A stretch of 64,000 bases of DNA from Mobula hypostoma (GCF_963921235.1 NC_086118.1:15936001-16000000); one strand, 5' to 3'; positions 11,750 through 24,973 are shown, counted from the first letter of the stretch. Notes: generated from the sequence alone by a model not told the origin. Numbers and translations: made by a program.

Positions 11750-14582
11750 AGTTGAGGGCATGGATTGACACGTGGAATTATGATGTTATAGCAATTAGTG
11801 AAGCTTGGCTACAGGAGGGGCGGGACTGGCAGCTTAATATTCCAGGGTTCCGATGTTTCAGATGTGATCGAGGCAGAGGAATGAAAGGTGGGGGAGTAGC
11901 ATTGCTTGTTAGGGAAAATATTACAGCAGTGCTCAGGCAGGACAGATTAGAGGGCTTGTCTACTAAGTCCTTGTGGGTGGAGCTGAGAAACAGGAAAGGT
12001 ATGGCCACATTAGTGGGAGTGTATTACAGACCACCCAATAGTCAAAGAGAATTCGAAGTGCAAATCTGCAGAGAGATAGCAGGCAACTGCGGGAAACATA
12101 AAGTTGTGGTGGTAGGGGATTTTAATTTTCCATATATTGATTGGGTCTCCCATACTGTTAGGGGTCTAGATGGTTTAGAGTTTGTAAAATGTGTTCGGGA
12201 AAGTTTTCTAAATCAATATATAGAGGGACCAACTAGAGGGGATGCAATATTGGATCTCCTGTTAGGAAACGAGTTAGGACAAGTGACAGAAGTCTGTGTA
12301 GGGCAGCACTTTGGTTCCAGTAATCATAACACCATTAGTTTCAACTTGATCATGGACAAGGATAGATCTGGTCCTAGGGTTGAGGTTCTTAACTGGAAGA
12401 AGGCCAAATTTGAAGAAATGAGAAAGGATCTCAAAAGCGTGGATTGGGACAGGTTGTTCTCTGGCATGGATGTGATCGGTAGGTGGGAAGCCTTCAAAGC
12501 AGAAATTTTGAGAGTGCAGAATTTGTATGTTACTGTCAGGATAAAAGGCAAGGTGAATAGGAATAAGGAACCTTGGTTCTCAAGGGATATTGCAACTCTG
12601 ATAAAGAAGAAGAGGGAGTTGTATGACGTGTATAGGAAGCAGGGAGTAAATAAGGTGCTTGAGGAGTATAAGAAGTGCAAGAAAATACTTAAGAAAGAAA
12701 TCAGGAGGGCTAAAAGAAGACATGAGGTTGCCTTGGCAGTCAAAGTGGAGGATAATCCAAAGAGCTCTTACAGGTATATTAAGAGCAAAAGGATTGTAAG
12801 AGATAAAATTGGTCCTCTTGAAGATCAGAGTGGTCGGCTATGTGCAGAACCAAAGGAAATGGGGGAGATCTTAAATAGATTTTTTGTGTCTGTATTTACT
12901 AAGGAAACGGGCATGAAGTCTAAAAAATTAAGGGAAACAAGTAGTGAGATCATGGAAACTGTACAGATCGAAAAGGAGGAGGTCCTTGCTGTCTTGAGGA
13001 AAATTAAAGTGAATAAATCCCCGGGACCTGACAGGGTGTTCCCTCGGACCTTGAAGGAGACTAGGGTTGAAATTGCAGGGGCCCTGGCTGAAATATTTAA
13101 AATGTCGCTGTCTACAGGTGAGGTGCCGGAGGATTGGAGAGTGGCTCATGTTGTTCCGTTATTTAAAAAAGGATCGAAAAGTAATCTGGGAAATTATAGG
13201 CCGGTGAGTTTAACGTCAGTAGTAGGTAAGTTATTGGAGGGAGTACTAAGGGACAGAACCTACAAGCATTTGGATAGACAGGGGCTTATTAGGGAGAGTC
13301 AACATGGCTTTGTGCGTGGTAGGTCATGTTTGACCAATCTATTGGAGTTTTTTGAGGAGGTTACCAGGAAAGTGGATGAAGGGAAGGCAGTGGATATTGT
13401 CTACATGGATTTCAGTAAGGCCTTTGACAAGGTCCTGCATGGGAGGTTAGTTAGGAAAATTCAGTTGCTAGGTATACATGGAGAGGTGGTAAATTGGATT
13501 AGACATTGGCTCGATGGAAGAAGCCAGAGAGTGGTGGTAGAGAATTGCTTCTCTGAGTGGAGGCCTGTGAATAGTGGTGTGCCACAGGGATCAGTGCTGG
13601 GTCCATTGTTATTTGTCATCTATATCAATGATCTGGATGATAATGTGGTAAATTGGATCAGCAAGTTTGCTGATGATACAAAGATTGGAGGTGTAGTAGA
13701 CAGTGAGGAAGGCTTTCAGAGCCTGCAGAGGGACTTGGACCAGCTGGAAAAATGGGCTGCAAAATGGCAGATGGAGTTTAATACAGACAAGTGTGAGGTA
13801 TTGCACGTTGGAAGGACAAACCAACGTAGAACATACAGGGTTAATAGTAAGGCACTGAGGAGTGCAGTCGAACAGAGGGATCTGGGAATACAGATACAAA
13901 ATTCCCTAAAAGTGGCATCACAGGTAGATAGGGTCGTAAAGAGAGCTTTTGGTACATTGGCCTTTATTAATCAAAGTATTGAGTATAAGAGTTGGAATGT
14001 TATGATGAGGTTGTATAAGGCATTGGTGAGGCCGAATCTGGAGTATTGTGTTCAGTTTTGGTCACCAAATTACAGGAAGGATATAAATAAGGTTGAAAGA
14101 GTGCAGAGAAGGTTTACAAGGATGTTGCCAGGATTTGAGAAACTCAGTTACAGAGAAAGGTTGAATAGGTTAGGACTTTATTCCCTGGAGTGTAGGAGAT
14201 TGAGGGAAGATTTGATAGAGGTATATAAAATTATGATGGGTATAGATAGAGTGAATGCAAGCAGGCTTTTTCCACTGAGGCAAGGGGAGAAAAAAACCAG
14301 AGGACATGCATTAAGGGTGAGCGGGGAAAAGTTTAAAGGGAACATTAGTGGGGGTTTCTTCACACAGAGAGTGGTGGGAGTATGGAATGAGCTGCCAGAC
14401 GAGGTGGTAAATGCAGGTGCTTTTTTAACAATTAAGAATAAATTGGACAGATACATGGATGGGAGTTGTATGGAGGGATATGGTCCGTGTGCAGGTCAGT
14501 GGGACTAGGCAGAAAATGGTTCAGCACAGCCAAGAAGGGCCAAAAGGCCTGTTTCTGTGCTGTAGTTTCTATGGTTTCTATT
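11750..14582 (+). mobile_element. Young 5'-truncated CR1 LINE
   Basis: Uninterrupted ORF2 plus 3' UTR ending tttctatggtttctat. Confidence 0.97.
11752..14508 (+). CDS. CR1 ORF2, APE endonuclease-reverse transcriptase, 918 aa open frame lacking the N-terminus
   Basis: YYRPP, GDFN, NYRPVSLTS, DFSKAFDKV, PQGSVLGP and KFADD motifs with no stop codon; starts at the truncation point, not at a real ATG. Confidence 0.9.
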   Translation: MRAWIDTWNYDVIAISEAWLQEGRDWQLNIPGFRCFRCDRGRGMKGGGVALLVRENITAVLRQDRLEGLSTKSLWVELRNRKGMATLVGVYYRPPNSQREFEVQICREIAGNCGKHKVVVVGDFNFPYIDWVSHTVRGLDGLEFVKCVRESFLNQYIEGPTRGDAILDLLLGNELGQVTEVCVGQHFGSSNHNTISFNLIMDKDRSGPRVEVLNWKKAKFEEMRKDLKSVDWDRLFSGMDVIGRWEAFKAEILRVQNLYVTVRIKGKVNRNKEPWFSRDIATLIKKKRELYDVYRKQGVNKVLEEYKKCKKILKKEIRRAKRRHEVALAVKVEDNPKSSYRYIKSKRIVRDKIGPLEDQSGRLCAEPKEMGEILNRFFVSVFTKETGMKSKKLRETSSEIMETVQIEKEEVLAVLRKIKVNKSPGPDRVFPRTLKETRVEIAGALAEIFKMSLSTGEVPEDWRVAHVVPLFKKGSKSNLGNYRPVSLTSVVGKLLEGVLRDRTYKHLDRQGLIRESQHGFVRGRSCLTNLLEFFEEVTRKVDEGKAVDIVYMDFSKAFDKVLHGRLVRKIQLLGIHGEVVNWIRHWLDGRSQRVVVENCFSEWRPVNSGVPQGSVLGPLLFVIYINDLDDNVVNWISKFADDTKIGGVVDSEEGFQSLQRDLDQLEKWAAKWQMEFNTDKCEVLHVGRTNQRRTYRVNSKALRSAVEQRDLGIQIQNSLKVASQVDRVVKRAFGTLAFINQSIEYKSWNVMMRLYKALVRPNLEYCVQFWSPNYRKDINKVERVQRRFTRMLPGFEKLSYRERLNRLGLYSLECRRLREDLIEVYKIMMGIDRVNASRLFPLRQGEKKTRGHALRVSGEKFKGNISGGFFTQRVVGVWNELPDEVVNAGAFLTIKNKLDRYMDGSCMEGYGPCAGQWD

Positions 14583-15384
14583 TCATCTTTTCAGGAAAAA
14601 CAACTTTCACTATTACAGTGTTTTTTGCCCCTAAGATATTCCGTGATCATGACCATTTAACTGATGGTGTTTACTTTTTCTGAAAAGACTTTTACTGTTG
14701 AACAATTTTTGAAAGCTTATGCAAATAACTTAATGATATTAGTTAGCACCCCTCAGAGACTTCTGTTATTAATTGCTCATTTGTTTTTAACCACTTCGTA
14801 CTAATTTTCATTTAACATCCTTTGTTTTGATTACTAGCAATCAATTCTGAATTTGGTATTGTCTCTCAAAATTAGTCAATATTGACTGCTATCTATTAAG
14901 TGGGTTTACCCCTCTCTGCTTTTCTATGTGATATAATTGTTTTTATTCCTCTACCTCTGTAAAACTGGCATCACTTCCGAGGAGAATTGGAAGTTTGTGA
15001 TCAGAATCTCTAAAATTTTCAAACAATAGTCAGGAATACATATCAATAAAATTATGACTTCTTAAATATGTTGCCAGTTCCTTGAACCTTTTAATTTAAG
15101 TAGACTAGATACACAGACGCAACCTAATCATGTTCTCTATTTTGTGGAATTCTATTAAATATATCATCATCCATATCGTCTTAGTTGTTGCTTATTAAAG
15201 TGATACATTCATAGTCTTTAAAAAACTGTATTAAAAAGTAATATCATTGGTAGATTCATGAATTTGTTGTACCGTTTAATTCAGTGGTAATCTTTAGTGC
15301 AAATATTTTCTCCAGATCAGAGCTAATGAGGGTAAGAATCAGATGATTTGGCAGAATAATGTATGGCTGAGGAACTAGTGTGAG

Positions 15385-15913
15385 GAGTAGTAGTAGTAGT
15401 AGTCATACTTTATTGATCCCGGGGGAAATTGGTTTTCATTACAGTTGCACCATAAATAATAAATAGTAATAAAACCATAAATAGTTAAATAGTAATATGT
15501 AAATTATGCCAGGAAATAAGTCCAGGACCAGCCTATTGGCTCAGGGTGTCTGACCCTCCAAGGGAGGAGTTGTAAAGTTTGATGGCCACAGGCAGGAATG
15601 ACTTCCTATGACGCTCTGTGTTGCATCTCGGTGGAATGAGTCTCTGGCTGAATGTACTCCTGTGCCCATCCAGTACATTATGTACTGGAGACATTGTCCA
15701 AGATGGCATGCAACTTGGACAGCATCCTCTTTTTAGACACCACCGTCAGAGAGTCCAGTTCCATCCCCACAACATCACTGGCCTTACGAATGAGTTTGTT
15801 GATCGTGTTGGTGCCTGCTGCCCCAGCACACAACAGCCAACATGATCACACTGGACGCCACAGACTTGTAGAACATCCTCAGCATCATCCGGCAGATGTT
15901 AAAGGACCTCAGT
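15385..15913 (-). mobile_element. Rex1/Babar-type LINE 3' fragment
   Basis: Minus strand RLRSFNICRMMLRMFYKSVASSVI; same 3' UTR as 36405-36733; (CTA)n tail. Confidence 0.8.
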
Positions 15914-15915
15914 CT

Positions 15916-18900
15916 GGGGATCTGGGGATCAGATTTCTGGATCAGTGAGATCTCTTCTGGAGAAGTATAAAAGGGACAGTTTACACCTGAACCCGATAGA
16001 GACCAATATCCTTGCGGGCAGGTTTACTAGAGCTGTTCAGGTTGGAATGGGAACTGGACTGATAGGGTTGGTTTACAAACAGAGGCAGTATTTAGTGAGA
16101 CTGCTAGCAAGGAGAGGCTGATGATAGGACAGAATTACAGTGAATGGGATGAGTTGCAATGTGAAAGGGTGATGAATACAGGACTGAAGGTGTTACATTT
16201 GAATGCAAACAGTATATGGAATAAGGTAGATGAATTTGCACAGTTACAGTTTGGCATTTATGATGTGGGCATCACTGTATCGTGGCTAAAAGAAGATTAT
16301 AGCTGGGAGCTTAATGTCCAAGGATACACACTGTCTCAAAGGGACAGACAGGTTGGCCAAGGGGGGTGGGGTGGCTCTGTTGGTAAAAAACGAAATCAAA
16401 TCTCAATAGAAAGAGATGACGTAGGGCCAGAGCGTGTGGAATCATTGTTGGTAGAGCTAAGAAACTGCAAGGGGTGGGAGTTAAATACAGACCTCCAAAC
16501 AGTAGTAAGGATGTGGTGTACAAATTACAATGGGAGATAGAAAATGCATGTCAAAAGGGCAATGTTACGATAGTCATGGGGGATTTCAATATGCAAATAG
16601 ATTGGGAAACTCAGGTTGGTGCTGGATCCCAAGAGTGGGAATTTGTAGAATGCTTACAAGATGGCTTTTCAAAGCAGCTTGTGGCTGAGTCCCCTTGGGG
16701 ATCAGCTATTTGGGATTGGGTGTTGTGTAATGAACTGGAATTGATTAGAGAGTTTAAGGTAAAGGATAATAATATGATAGAGATCCCCCTGAAATTTGAG
16801 AAGGAAAAGCTAAAGTCAGATTGCTCAGTATTAGAGTGCAGTAAGGTGAATTACAGTGGCATGAGAAGAGCTTCCCGAAATTGATTGGAAGGGAACACTT
16901 GCAAGGTAAACAGCAGAGCAGCAATGGCTGGAATTTCTGGAAGCAATTTGGAAGGTACAGGTTGGATAACAGAAATCAAAGCCAACACAAAAGCCAAAGT
17001 GTGAACACATAATAGAGCAAGAGTTTGTGGGAAGAAAGAGGATTGAGAAGATTTTAAAAACCAACAGAATGCAACTAAAAAAAGTCATAAAGAAGGAAAA
17101 GATGGAATATGAAGATACGTACGTCAATAATATTAAAGAGGACACAAAAAGTTTCTTCAAATGTATGGAGTGAAAAGAGAGGCATTGTAGATATTGGACC
17201 ACTGGAAAATTATGCGGGAGAGGTAGTAATGGAGGACAAGGAACTGGTGGATGAACTGAATAAGAATTTTTCATCAGTCTTTACTGTGGAAGACACTAGC
17301 AATAAGGTGGATTTCCAGTTGTCAGGGTTCATGAGGTGTGTGAAGTTGCCATTACTAGGGAGAAGATGCTCAGGAAACTGAAGGTTCTGAAGGTAGGTGA
17401 ATCACCTGGACCAGATGATCTACACCCTAGGGTTCTGAAAGAGGTGACTGAAGAGATTGTTGAGATCATCGTTCAAGAATCAATAGATTCTGGGATGGTT
17501 CCGGAGGACTGGAAAATTGCAAATGCCACTCCATTCTTCAAGAAGGGAGAGAACAGAGGATAGGAAACTATAGGCCAGTTAGTCTGACCTCAATGATTGG
17601 GAAGATGTTGGAGTCAATTGTTAAGGAGGTGGTTTGGGGGTACTTGGAGGCACACAGTAAAATAGGCCATTATCGGCATGATTCTTATTAGGGGAAAACC
17701 TTGCCTGACAAATCTGTTGGAATTCTTTGAAGAAATAACAAGCAGGATAGACAAGGGAGAATTTGTGGATGTTGTGTACTTGGATTTTCAGAAGGTCTTT
17801 GACAAGATGCCACACGTGAGGAGAGTCCATGGCATTACAGAAAGGATCCCACCATGGATCGAGCATTGGTTGAATGGCAGGGTGCAAAGAGTGGGAATAA
17901 ACGGAGCCTTTTCTGTTTGGTTGCTGGTGACTAGTGGTATTCTACAGGGGTTTGTGTTGGGATCGCTTCTTTTTATGTTATATGTCAATGATTTGGATGA
18001 TGGAATTGATGGCTTTGTGGCCAAATTTGCAGATGATACAAAGGTAGCTGGAGGGGCAGGTAGTGGAAGCAGAGAATCTACAGAAGGACTTAGACAGATT
18101 GGGAGAATGGGCAAAGAAGTGACAGATGTAATATAGTGTCAGGAAGTGTATGGTCATACACTTTGGTAGAAGAAATAAAAGCATAGACTATTTTCTTAAT
18201 GGGAAGAAGATTCAAAAATCTGAGGTGCAAAGGGACTTGGGGGTCCTCATGCAGGACTCGCTAAAGGTTAATTCTGCAGGATCAGTCAGTGGCAAGGACG
18301 GTAAATGTGGTGATAGCATTCATTTCAAGAAGGCTAGAATATAAAAGCAAGGATGTAATGTTGAAGCTTTATAGAGTATGAGTGAGGACTCATTTTGGAG
18401 TATTGTGAGCAGTTTTGGACCTCTTATCTAAGAAAGGATGTGCTTACATTGGAAAGGGTTCAAAGGAGGTTCACAAAAATAATTCCAGGATTGAAAGGCT
18501 TGTCATATGAAGAGCATTTGATGGTTTTTGGCTTGTATTCCCTGGAATTTAGAAGAATGGGTGGGGAGGGAGGGGATCTCATTGAAACCGAACGAACGGG
18601 GAAATGCCTCAATACAGTGGATGTGGAGGCTTCTTATGGTGTTGGAATCTAAGACCAGAGGACATAGCCTCAGAATAGAGGGACATCTATTTAAAACAGA
18701 GATAAGAAGGAATTTCTTTAGTCTGAGAGTGGTGAATCTGTAGATTCTTGATTAGTCAGGGCATGAAGAGATAAGGAGAGAAGGCAGGAGATTGGGACTG
18801 AGAGGGAAATGGATCAGCCATGATGAAATGGCAGAGCAGACTTAGAAACATAGAAAACCTACAGCATAATACAGGCCCTTCAGCCCATAAAGCTGTGCCG

Positions 18901-19605
18901 AGCATGTTCCTACCTCAGAACTACCTCGGCTTTACCCATAGCCCTCTATTTTTCTAAGCTCCACGTACCCATCCAGAAATCTCTTAAAAGACCCTATTGT
19001 TTCCGCCTCCACCACTGCCACTGGCAGCCCATTCCACGCACTTACCACTCTCTGTGTAAAAAACTTACACCTGACATCCCCTCTGTACCTGCTTCCAAGC
19101 ACCTTAAAACTATGCCCTCTCGTGCTAGGCATTTCATCCCTGGGGAAAAGCCTCTGACTATCTACATGATCTATGACTCTCATTATCTTGTACACCTCTA
19201 TCAGGTCACCTCTCATCCTCCGTCGCTCCAAGGAGAAAAGGCCGAGTTCATTCAACCTATTCTCATATGGCATGTTCCCCAATCCAGGCAACATCCTTGT
19301 AAATATCCTTTGCACCCTTTCTATGGTTTCCTGTAGTGAGGCAACCAGAACTGAGCACAGAACTCCAAGTGGGGTCTGACCAGGCTGCAACATTACCTCT
19401 CGGCTCTTAAACTCAATTCCACAATTGATGAAGGCCAATGTACTGTATGCCTTCTTAACCACAGAGTCAACCTGCGTAGCAGCTTTGAGTGTCCTATGGA
19501 CTAGGACCCCAAGATCCCTCTGATCCCCACACTGCTAAGAGTCTTACCATTAATGCTATATGGGCCAAGTGGCCTAATTCTGCTCCTATATCATATGGTC
19601 TTATA
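15916..19605 (+). mobile_element. Decayed CR1 LINE (ORF1 C-terminus plus ORF2), 3' UTR split by another CR1
   Basis: Esterase end (YKRDSLHLN), endonuclease (LHLNANSIWNK, YRPPN, GDFN), RT (KFADD) with many frameshifts; terminal atgggccaagtggcctaattctgctcctatatcatatggtcttat resumes at 19560. Confidence 0.9.
18843..19559 (-). mobile_element. CR1 LINE 3' fragment
   Basis: ORF 18932-19462 is the ORF2 C-terminus; tagaaacatagaaa tail. Confidence 0.93.
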
Positions 19606-19647
19606 AATGAAGAAGTAAACCTTGAAAGGCCTACTGTCTTATATAGT

Positions 19648-20628
19648 TCATAGAAACATAGAAACATAGAAAATAGGTGCAGGAGTAGGCCTTTCGGCCG
19701 TTCCAGCCTGCACCGCCATTCAGTACGATCATGGCTGATCATCCACTATACCTGTCTTCTCTCCATACCCCTTGATCCCTTTAGCCACAAGGGCCTTATC
19801 TAACTCCCTCTTAAATATAGCCAATGAACTGGCCTCAACTGTTTCCTGTGGCAGAGAATTCCACAGATTCACCACTCTCTGTGTGAAGTAGTTTTTCCTC
19901 ATCTCGGTCCTAAAAGGCTTCCCCTTTATCCTCAGACTGTGACCCCTCGTTCTGGACTTCCCCAATATCGGGAATAATCTTCCTCCATCTAGCCTGTCCA
20001 ATCCCTTTAGAATTTTATACGTTTCAATCAGATCCCCTCTCAATCTTCTAAATTCCAGAGAGTATAAGCCTAGTTGATCCAGTCTTTCATCATATGAAAG
20101 TCCTGCCATCCCAGGAATCAATCTGGTGAACCTTCTTTGTACCCCTTCTATGGCAAGAATGTCTTTCCTCAGATTAGGGGACCAAAACTGCACACAATAC
20201 TCCAGGTGTGGTCTCACCAAGGCCTTGTACAACTGCAGTAGTACCTCCCTGCTCCTGTACTCAAATCCTCTTGCTATGAATGCCAGCATACCGTTCGCCT
20301 TTTTCACTGCCTGCCATACCTGCATGCCCACTTTCAACGACTGGTATACAATGACACTCAGGTCTCACTGCACCTCCCCTTTTCCTAATCGGCCACCATT
20401 CAGATAATAATCTGTTTTCCTGTTCTTGCCAACAAAGTGGATAACCTCACATTTATCCACATTAAATTGCATCTGCCATGAATTTGCTCACTCACCTAAC
20501 CTACCCAAGTCACCCTGCATCCTCTTAGCATCCTCCTCACAGTAACACTGCCACCCAGCTTCGTGTCATCCGCAAACTTGGAGATGTTGTATTTAATTCC
20601 CTTGTCTAAGTCATTAATATATATTGTA
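19648..20628 (-). mobile_element. CR1 LINE 3' fragment, same subfamily as 52917 and 61697
   Basis: ORF 19729-20337; (CATAGAAA)n tail; closely similar to the other two copies. Confidence 0.95.
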
Positions 20629-20867
20629 ATCATGTTCAGACAGCAATGAAAGCCTGCAAAAGAAATTTTCATCAGTCCTTCTCGGATGAATTCTTCTCAC
20701 AGTGTATAAATAGTAGAGAAGATTAAATTCAAAGTCAAAGCTGTGCTTTTAATATCTAGAAATGTATGAAAACTAAATTAAAAGGCATGAAGATATACTG
20801 CTGGAAAGAGAACTAGCCCTGTTCCTTTGGTAACTAGCTTGAAAATGTGGCACCAAGTTAAACATAC

Positions 20868-20992
20868 CTGAGGTTCCCAAGTTTTATTTCTGTTCTGAAA
20901 GAGTTATCTGATATTGGCCGAAGGGACTACAGCTAGCCTCCATATTCCAGGGTCCAGGCAACTGTTCTGCATCTGATCAGTCTCTTGACAAC
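20868..20992 (-). other. Candidate 125-nt non-coding exon
   Basis: cagtttctcag|GTTGTC...CCTCAG|gtatgt; stop codons in all three frames. Confidence 0.25.
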
Positions 20993-21204
20993 CTGAGAAA
21001 CTGAATGCTGGATGAAATCTGGCTTTGGCAATAGCTAACGGTTAATATCCTACCTGCATTAATTGATGGAAGAATCACTTCAGAAATTAAAAAGTTAACT
21101 CAAGTTAAATATATCAAAGAGGAGGCCACATAACTCTAATACAAAGGAAAGGAAGCCAATAAAAATGTCACAAACTTAGTAAAACTGCTTCTTGTTGATG
21201 AGTG

Positions 21205-22005
21205 ACATGCACAAAATGATGGTCAGACAGCATCAACGGAGCGGAATAAAGAGCTGACATTTCTTGCTGAAGCCTTTCATCCGGACTGGAAAGGAAAGGG
21301 GATGAAGCTAGAATCAGAAGGCGGGAGGAAGGGAAGAGTACAAGCTAGAAGGTGATAGGTGAACCAGGCGAGGGAGAAGGTAGGTAGGTGGGGGAAGGGT
21401 GTGAAGTGAGAAGCTGGGAGGTGATAGCTGGAAAAGGTAAAGGGTTAAAGAAGAAGGAATCTGATAGGAGAGGGAAGTGAGCCATGGAAGAAAGGGAAGG
21501 GGAACCAGAGGGAGGTGATAGGCAGGTGAGGAAAAGAGAAGGGCCAGAATGGGAATAGAAAATGAGAGGAAGGGGAAGGGGGTGAGAGGAATGGAAGTTG
21601 GAGAAATCAATGTTCATGCCATCAGTTTGGAGGCTTCCCGGACAGAACATGAGGTGTTTCTTTTCTAACCTGAGAGTGGCCTCATCATGGTAGTATGGAG
21701 CGACCTGTTGGAATGGGAAAGGGCAGTGGAATTAAAATAGCTGGCCACAGGGCAATCCTGCTTGTCACAGACTGAGTGAAGCTGCCCCATAAAGCAGTCC
21801 CCCAATCTACATCAGATCTCACCGATATAGAGGATGCCTCACCGAGAGCACTCGGTACAGTAGATGACCATAACAGACTTGCAGGTGAAGTGTTGCCTCG
21901 GCTGGAAGGAAGGCTTGGGGCCCTGAATAGTGGTGAGGGGGTCCTTCAGCATTTTGTGTGCATTATTCTGGATGTCCAGCATCAGAAAAATCTCCTGTCT
22001 TGGTG
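21205..22005 (-). mobile_element. Penelope-like fragment with an inverted terminal copy at its truncated end
   Basis: GIY-YIG C-terminal remnant (GSLQTDGMNIDFSNF), pyrimidine-rich 3' UTR, inverted tail at 21941-22000. Confidence 0.8.
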
Positions 22006-22101
22006 CTGAGACTAATTTAAACGAAGAAGTATCATGGTACAGTCATACTGAAGGTCCAGTCAAGGGAACTGTATTGCTTCAGTCAAATATAAGGAGAATG
22101 T

Positions 22102-22104
<3 letters not shown>

Positions 22105-22140
<36 letters not shown>

Positions 22141-22152
22141 AATGAATGAATG
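22105..22152 (+). repeat. (GA)n microsatellite followed by (GAAT)n
   Basis: Directly visible. Confidence 0.95.
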
Positions 22153-23194
22153 AGGGTGTGTGCTTGTGTTGGTCCACATGCACAAATGCACAATTGAAAA
22201 ATTTCACAAAGTTCTTGAATCATCAATGTCAGAAAATAAATCAAAGGAGCAATGTGCCAAGGTCTTTTATATCTATGGTTTTACATTTTAATTTTTTTTT
22301 ACCATGTATTGCAACCAACACAACTACTATCACCTTACGAACTATCTTTCATATAAATTCATATATGATACAGTGAAAACTACCAAATGTGCATTGGCAG
22401 GGCTTCAATCAATCTACTTATTAATAATATAACAATACAAATAACAAATTAAATTAGAAACTAAAACTACATTTGTAAATATGAGAATAAAATAATTTTG
22501 AATTGAGAAAAGCAACTCATACAGTATTTTTTTTTTGTGATACTAAGACCATATTCAAGGAGTGTGACGGTATGATATAACTGCACCAGTAGGTGGATGA
22601 TCAAATTTATTTGCTTTAAGAATGTTAAGACTTTAGAACAGTTGAATATTAACAGCATGATATGACAGCTGTGGGATAAATATGACTTTAACGATCTTAA
22701 GATTGTTCTATTTTAAGAGAAGACTTGAGTTCTGGATGCAAGTAGCTTTGAATGGTCAAGTTATGCTTTTAATAGCTTTATCCCACTGACTAATTAATTC
22801 ATTTTAGTTATCCATGCAAATATCATAACTTTTGAAAAATTGTGACTTTGATATTTATTTAAAGAGCATTTGATCCTTCTTCAAGGGAAATTAACCTTGA
22901 GGGAAATTTTCAACAAAAATCATGTCCCCACATTTTCTTATAATGATAAATCCGGTCTTATCGCTATTCATTTACCCAATTTTAGTAAATGATATTAACT
23001 AAATCATGGCTTCAAAAGACTAAAAAGTGAAACAATTTATATAATGTTTTGTTTTCAATGTGGAAGAGAGACTTCCCTAAAAAATATCAAAAATGTTGAG
23101 CTGATATCAATCTATAAATTTAGCTTGTATCAGCGTGCTGCAAAACACCAGAAGAGAACTATGAATGCCAATTAGTTAAATATTACAATGATCA

Positions 23195-23366
23195 CAAAGA
23201 GGAGAAAATCTGCAGATGCTGGAAATCTGAGCAACACACACAAAATGCTGGAGGAACTCAGCAGGCCAGGCAGCATCTATGGAAAAAAGTCTGGAACGTC
23301 AACTGTACTCTTTTCCATAGATGCTGCCTGGGCTGCTGAGTTCCTCCAGCATTTTGTATGTGTTGC
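23195..23366. repeat. Fold-back pair of Penelope termini
   Basis: 23231-23286 is the near-perfect reverse complement of 23311-23366. Confidence 0.9.
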
Positions 23367-24671
23367 AAAGGATAACTAGACTTTATCAAACCATCATAAC
23401 ATTAGAGACCAGATATTTTATTCTAACGGCACAAACTTGATAATTACATACCTGGTCAAAAACGTACTTAGATATTATGCGGAATATTTGTGTTTTTTTA
23501 AATAAAAGAATGTGGTGTATATTCAGGGAAAAGAGTTCTTCCAGCATTTTGTGCATGGTGCTTGGATTTCCAACACCTCCAGATTTTCTCTTCTTGGGTG
23601 CACTGTTTAGTATGGGATCCATAAGCTTTTACCAAGTGACTTAAATGGGATAAATAATGGCATTCTGTTGGATGTTCTGTAAATGAGATTGACCTTTGTA
23701 GATTTATGGAATGTTCCTGCTGCCAATGGTCCATCAGTAGAAAATGTCTGAACAGTTACTTATGCTGGTAAAATAATTAAATACAAGCAAACAGAAGTAA
23801 TTAAACCCCTTTTGCAAATAGATATCAATTTGCTTTCTATGTTTCTTAAAGACATTTCCTTCTAGTAATTACCTCTTTTAAAAGATGAGTACACCTTATA
23901 GCATCAACTTCTAGGGCTTCCTGATCTGTATGGTGAATCCAACATTTGTGATACAGTATTAATTTTCTTCAAATAGTTTTTTTTTTAATCTCCTGGTTGA
24001 CATGTGATGAAATGTATAACTATCCTGAACCAATTATACTTATTGTTCCTTTTTTTTGGCCAATTTACTATTCTTACTTCGGATAAGCATTTAAAATAGT
24101 GTGCAACACCAATATTACATTATAACATGCCCAGAGGGCATTAAGACATGGAAACTGAAATAACACAATCTAATTTAGGGGAAATTTTGAAGTATTTCCT
24201 TGTCAGCAATATTCCTTTGGGTAACTTATTAAGGATCACTTTACATGAGTATCTTAAGTGCTTAGAGGTTAAAGCTTGGAATGTCCCAACAGCGCAGCAA
24301 ATTCTCCTGAGGGCACTGCAACTGGATCTTAAGAGTCAACGACCACCTGTCACTGACTGAGTGAAGACATTTGTCTCACCTTCCATTTAGGGCTACCGGC
24401 AGACCATCGTTTGGTGAGTCAGTTTCTAATTCAGCGTGGTCATTTTCCTTCAAAACATATTTCATCCCCGTCTGGTTTCCTGCAGATGCTTTGCTTGAAA
24501 CTAAAAGATTATACTTACAAATTCCCAATTAGTTTTTTTTTGGTATTGTATATTGGTGACCATTTAGGAACAGAACGAAACTCAATCAAGTAACTGGTTC
24601 AGTCCATGTTTAATAACACTTTGGAGTGTGGTTTATACAATTACTTTGGAATTCGAAATACGCCTGCTTTA

Positions 24672-24829
24672 ACCAGCTGGGAACACTCAGAAGGTCAGGC
24701 AGCATCTGCATAAAGGGAAGCAGAGTTTCTGCTTCAAGTGAAAAACCTTCTGACCAAGAGTCTTCGATTTGAAATGTTAACTCTTTCCACAGATAGTGCT
24801 TGACCTGCACAGTGCTTTCAGCAATTTCT
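24672..24829. repeat. Older fold-back pair of Penelope termini
   Basis: gctgggaacactcagaaggtcaggcagcatctg ... cagatagtgcttgacctgcacagtgctttcagc. Confidence 0.6.
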
Positions 24830-24973
24830 GCAGTACGCTAGCGTAGTGGTTAGCACGTTTTACAGTACGGCCGATGTGGGTTCAATTCCCGCCGCGGTCT
24901 GTAAGGAGTTAATACGTTCTCCCCGTGACCGCCTGAGATTCCTCCCACAGGTTAATTGGTCATTGTAAACTGG
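24830..24973 (+). mobile_element. tRNA-derived V-SINE (HE1-like), internally deleted
   Basis: A box tagcgtagtgg 24839-24849, B box ggttcaattcc 24879-24889, V-domain-like tgtaaggagtt..cgttctccccgtgaccg. Confidence 0.8.

Noticed and set aside
24830..24900. tRNA genes suggested by A and B boxes (also near 42500-42570 and 29530-29600)
   Set aside because: No complete cloverleaf; each continues into a SINE body
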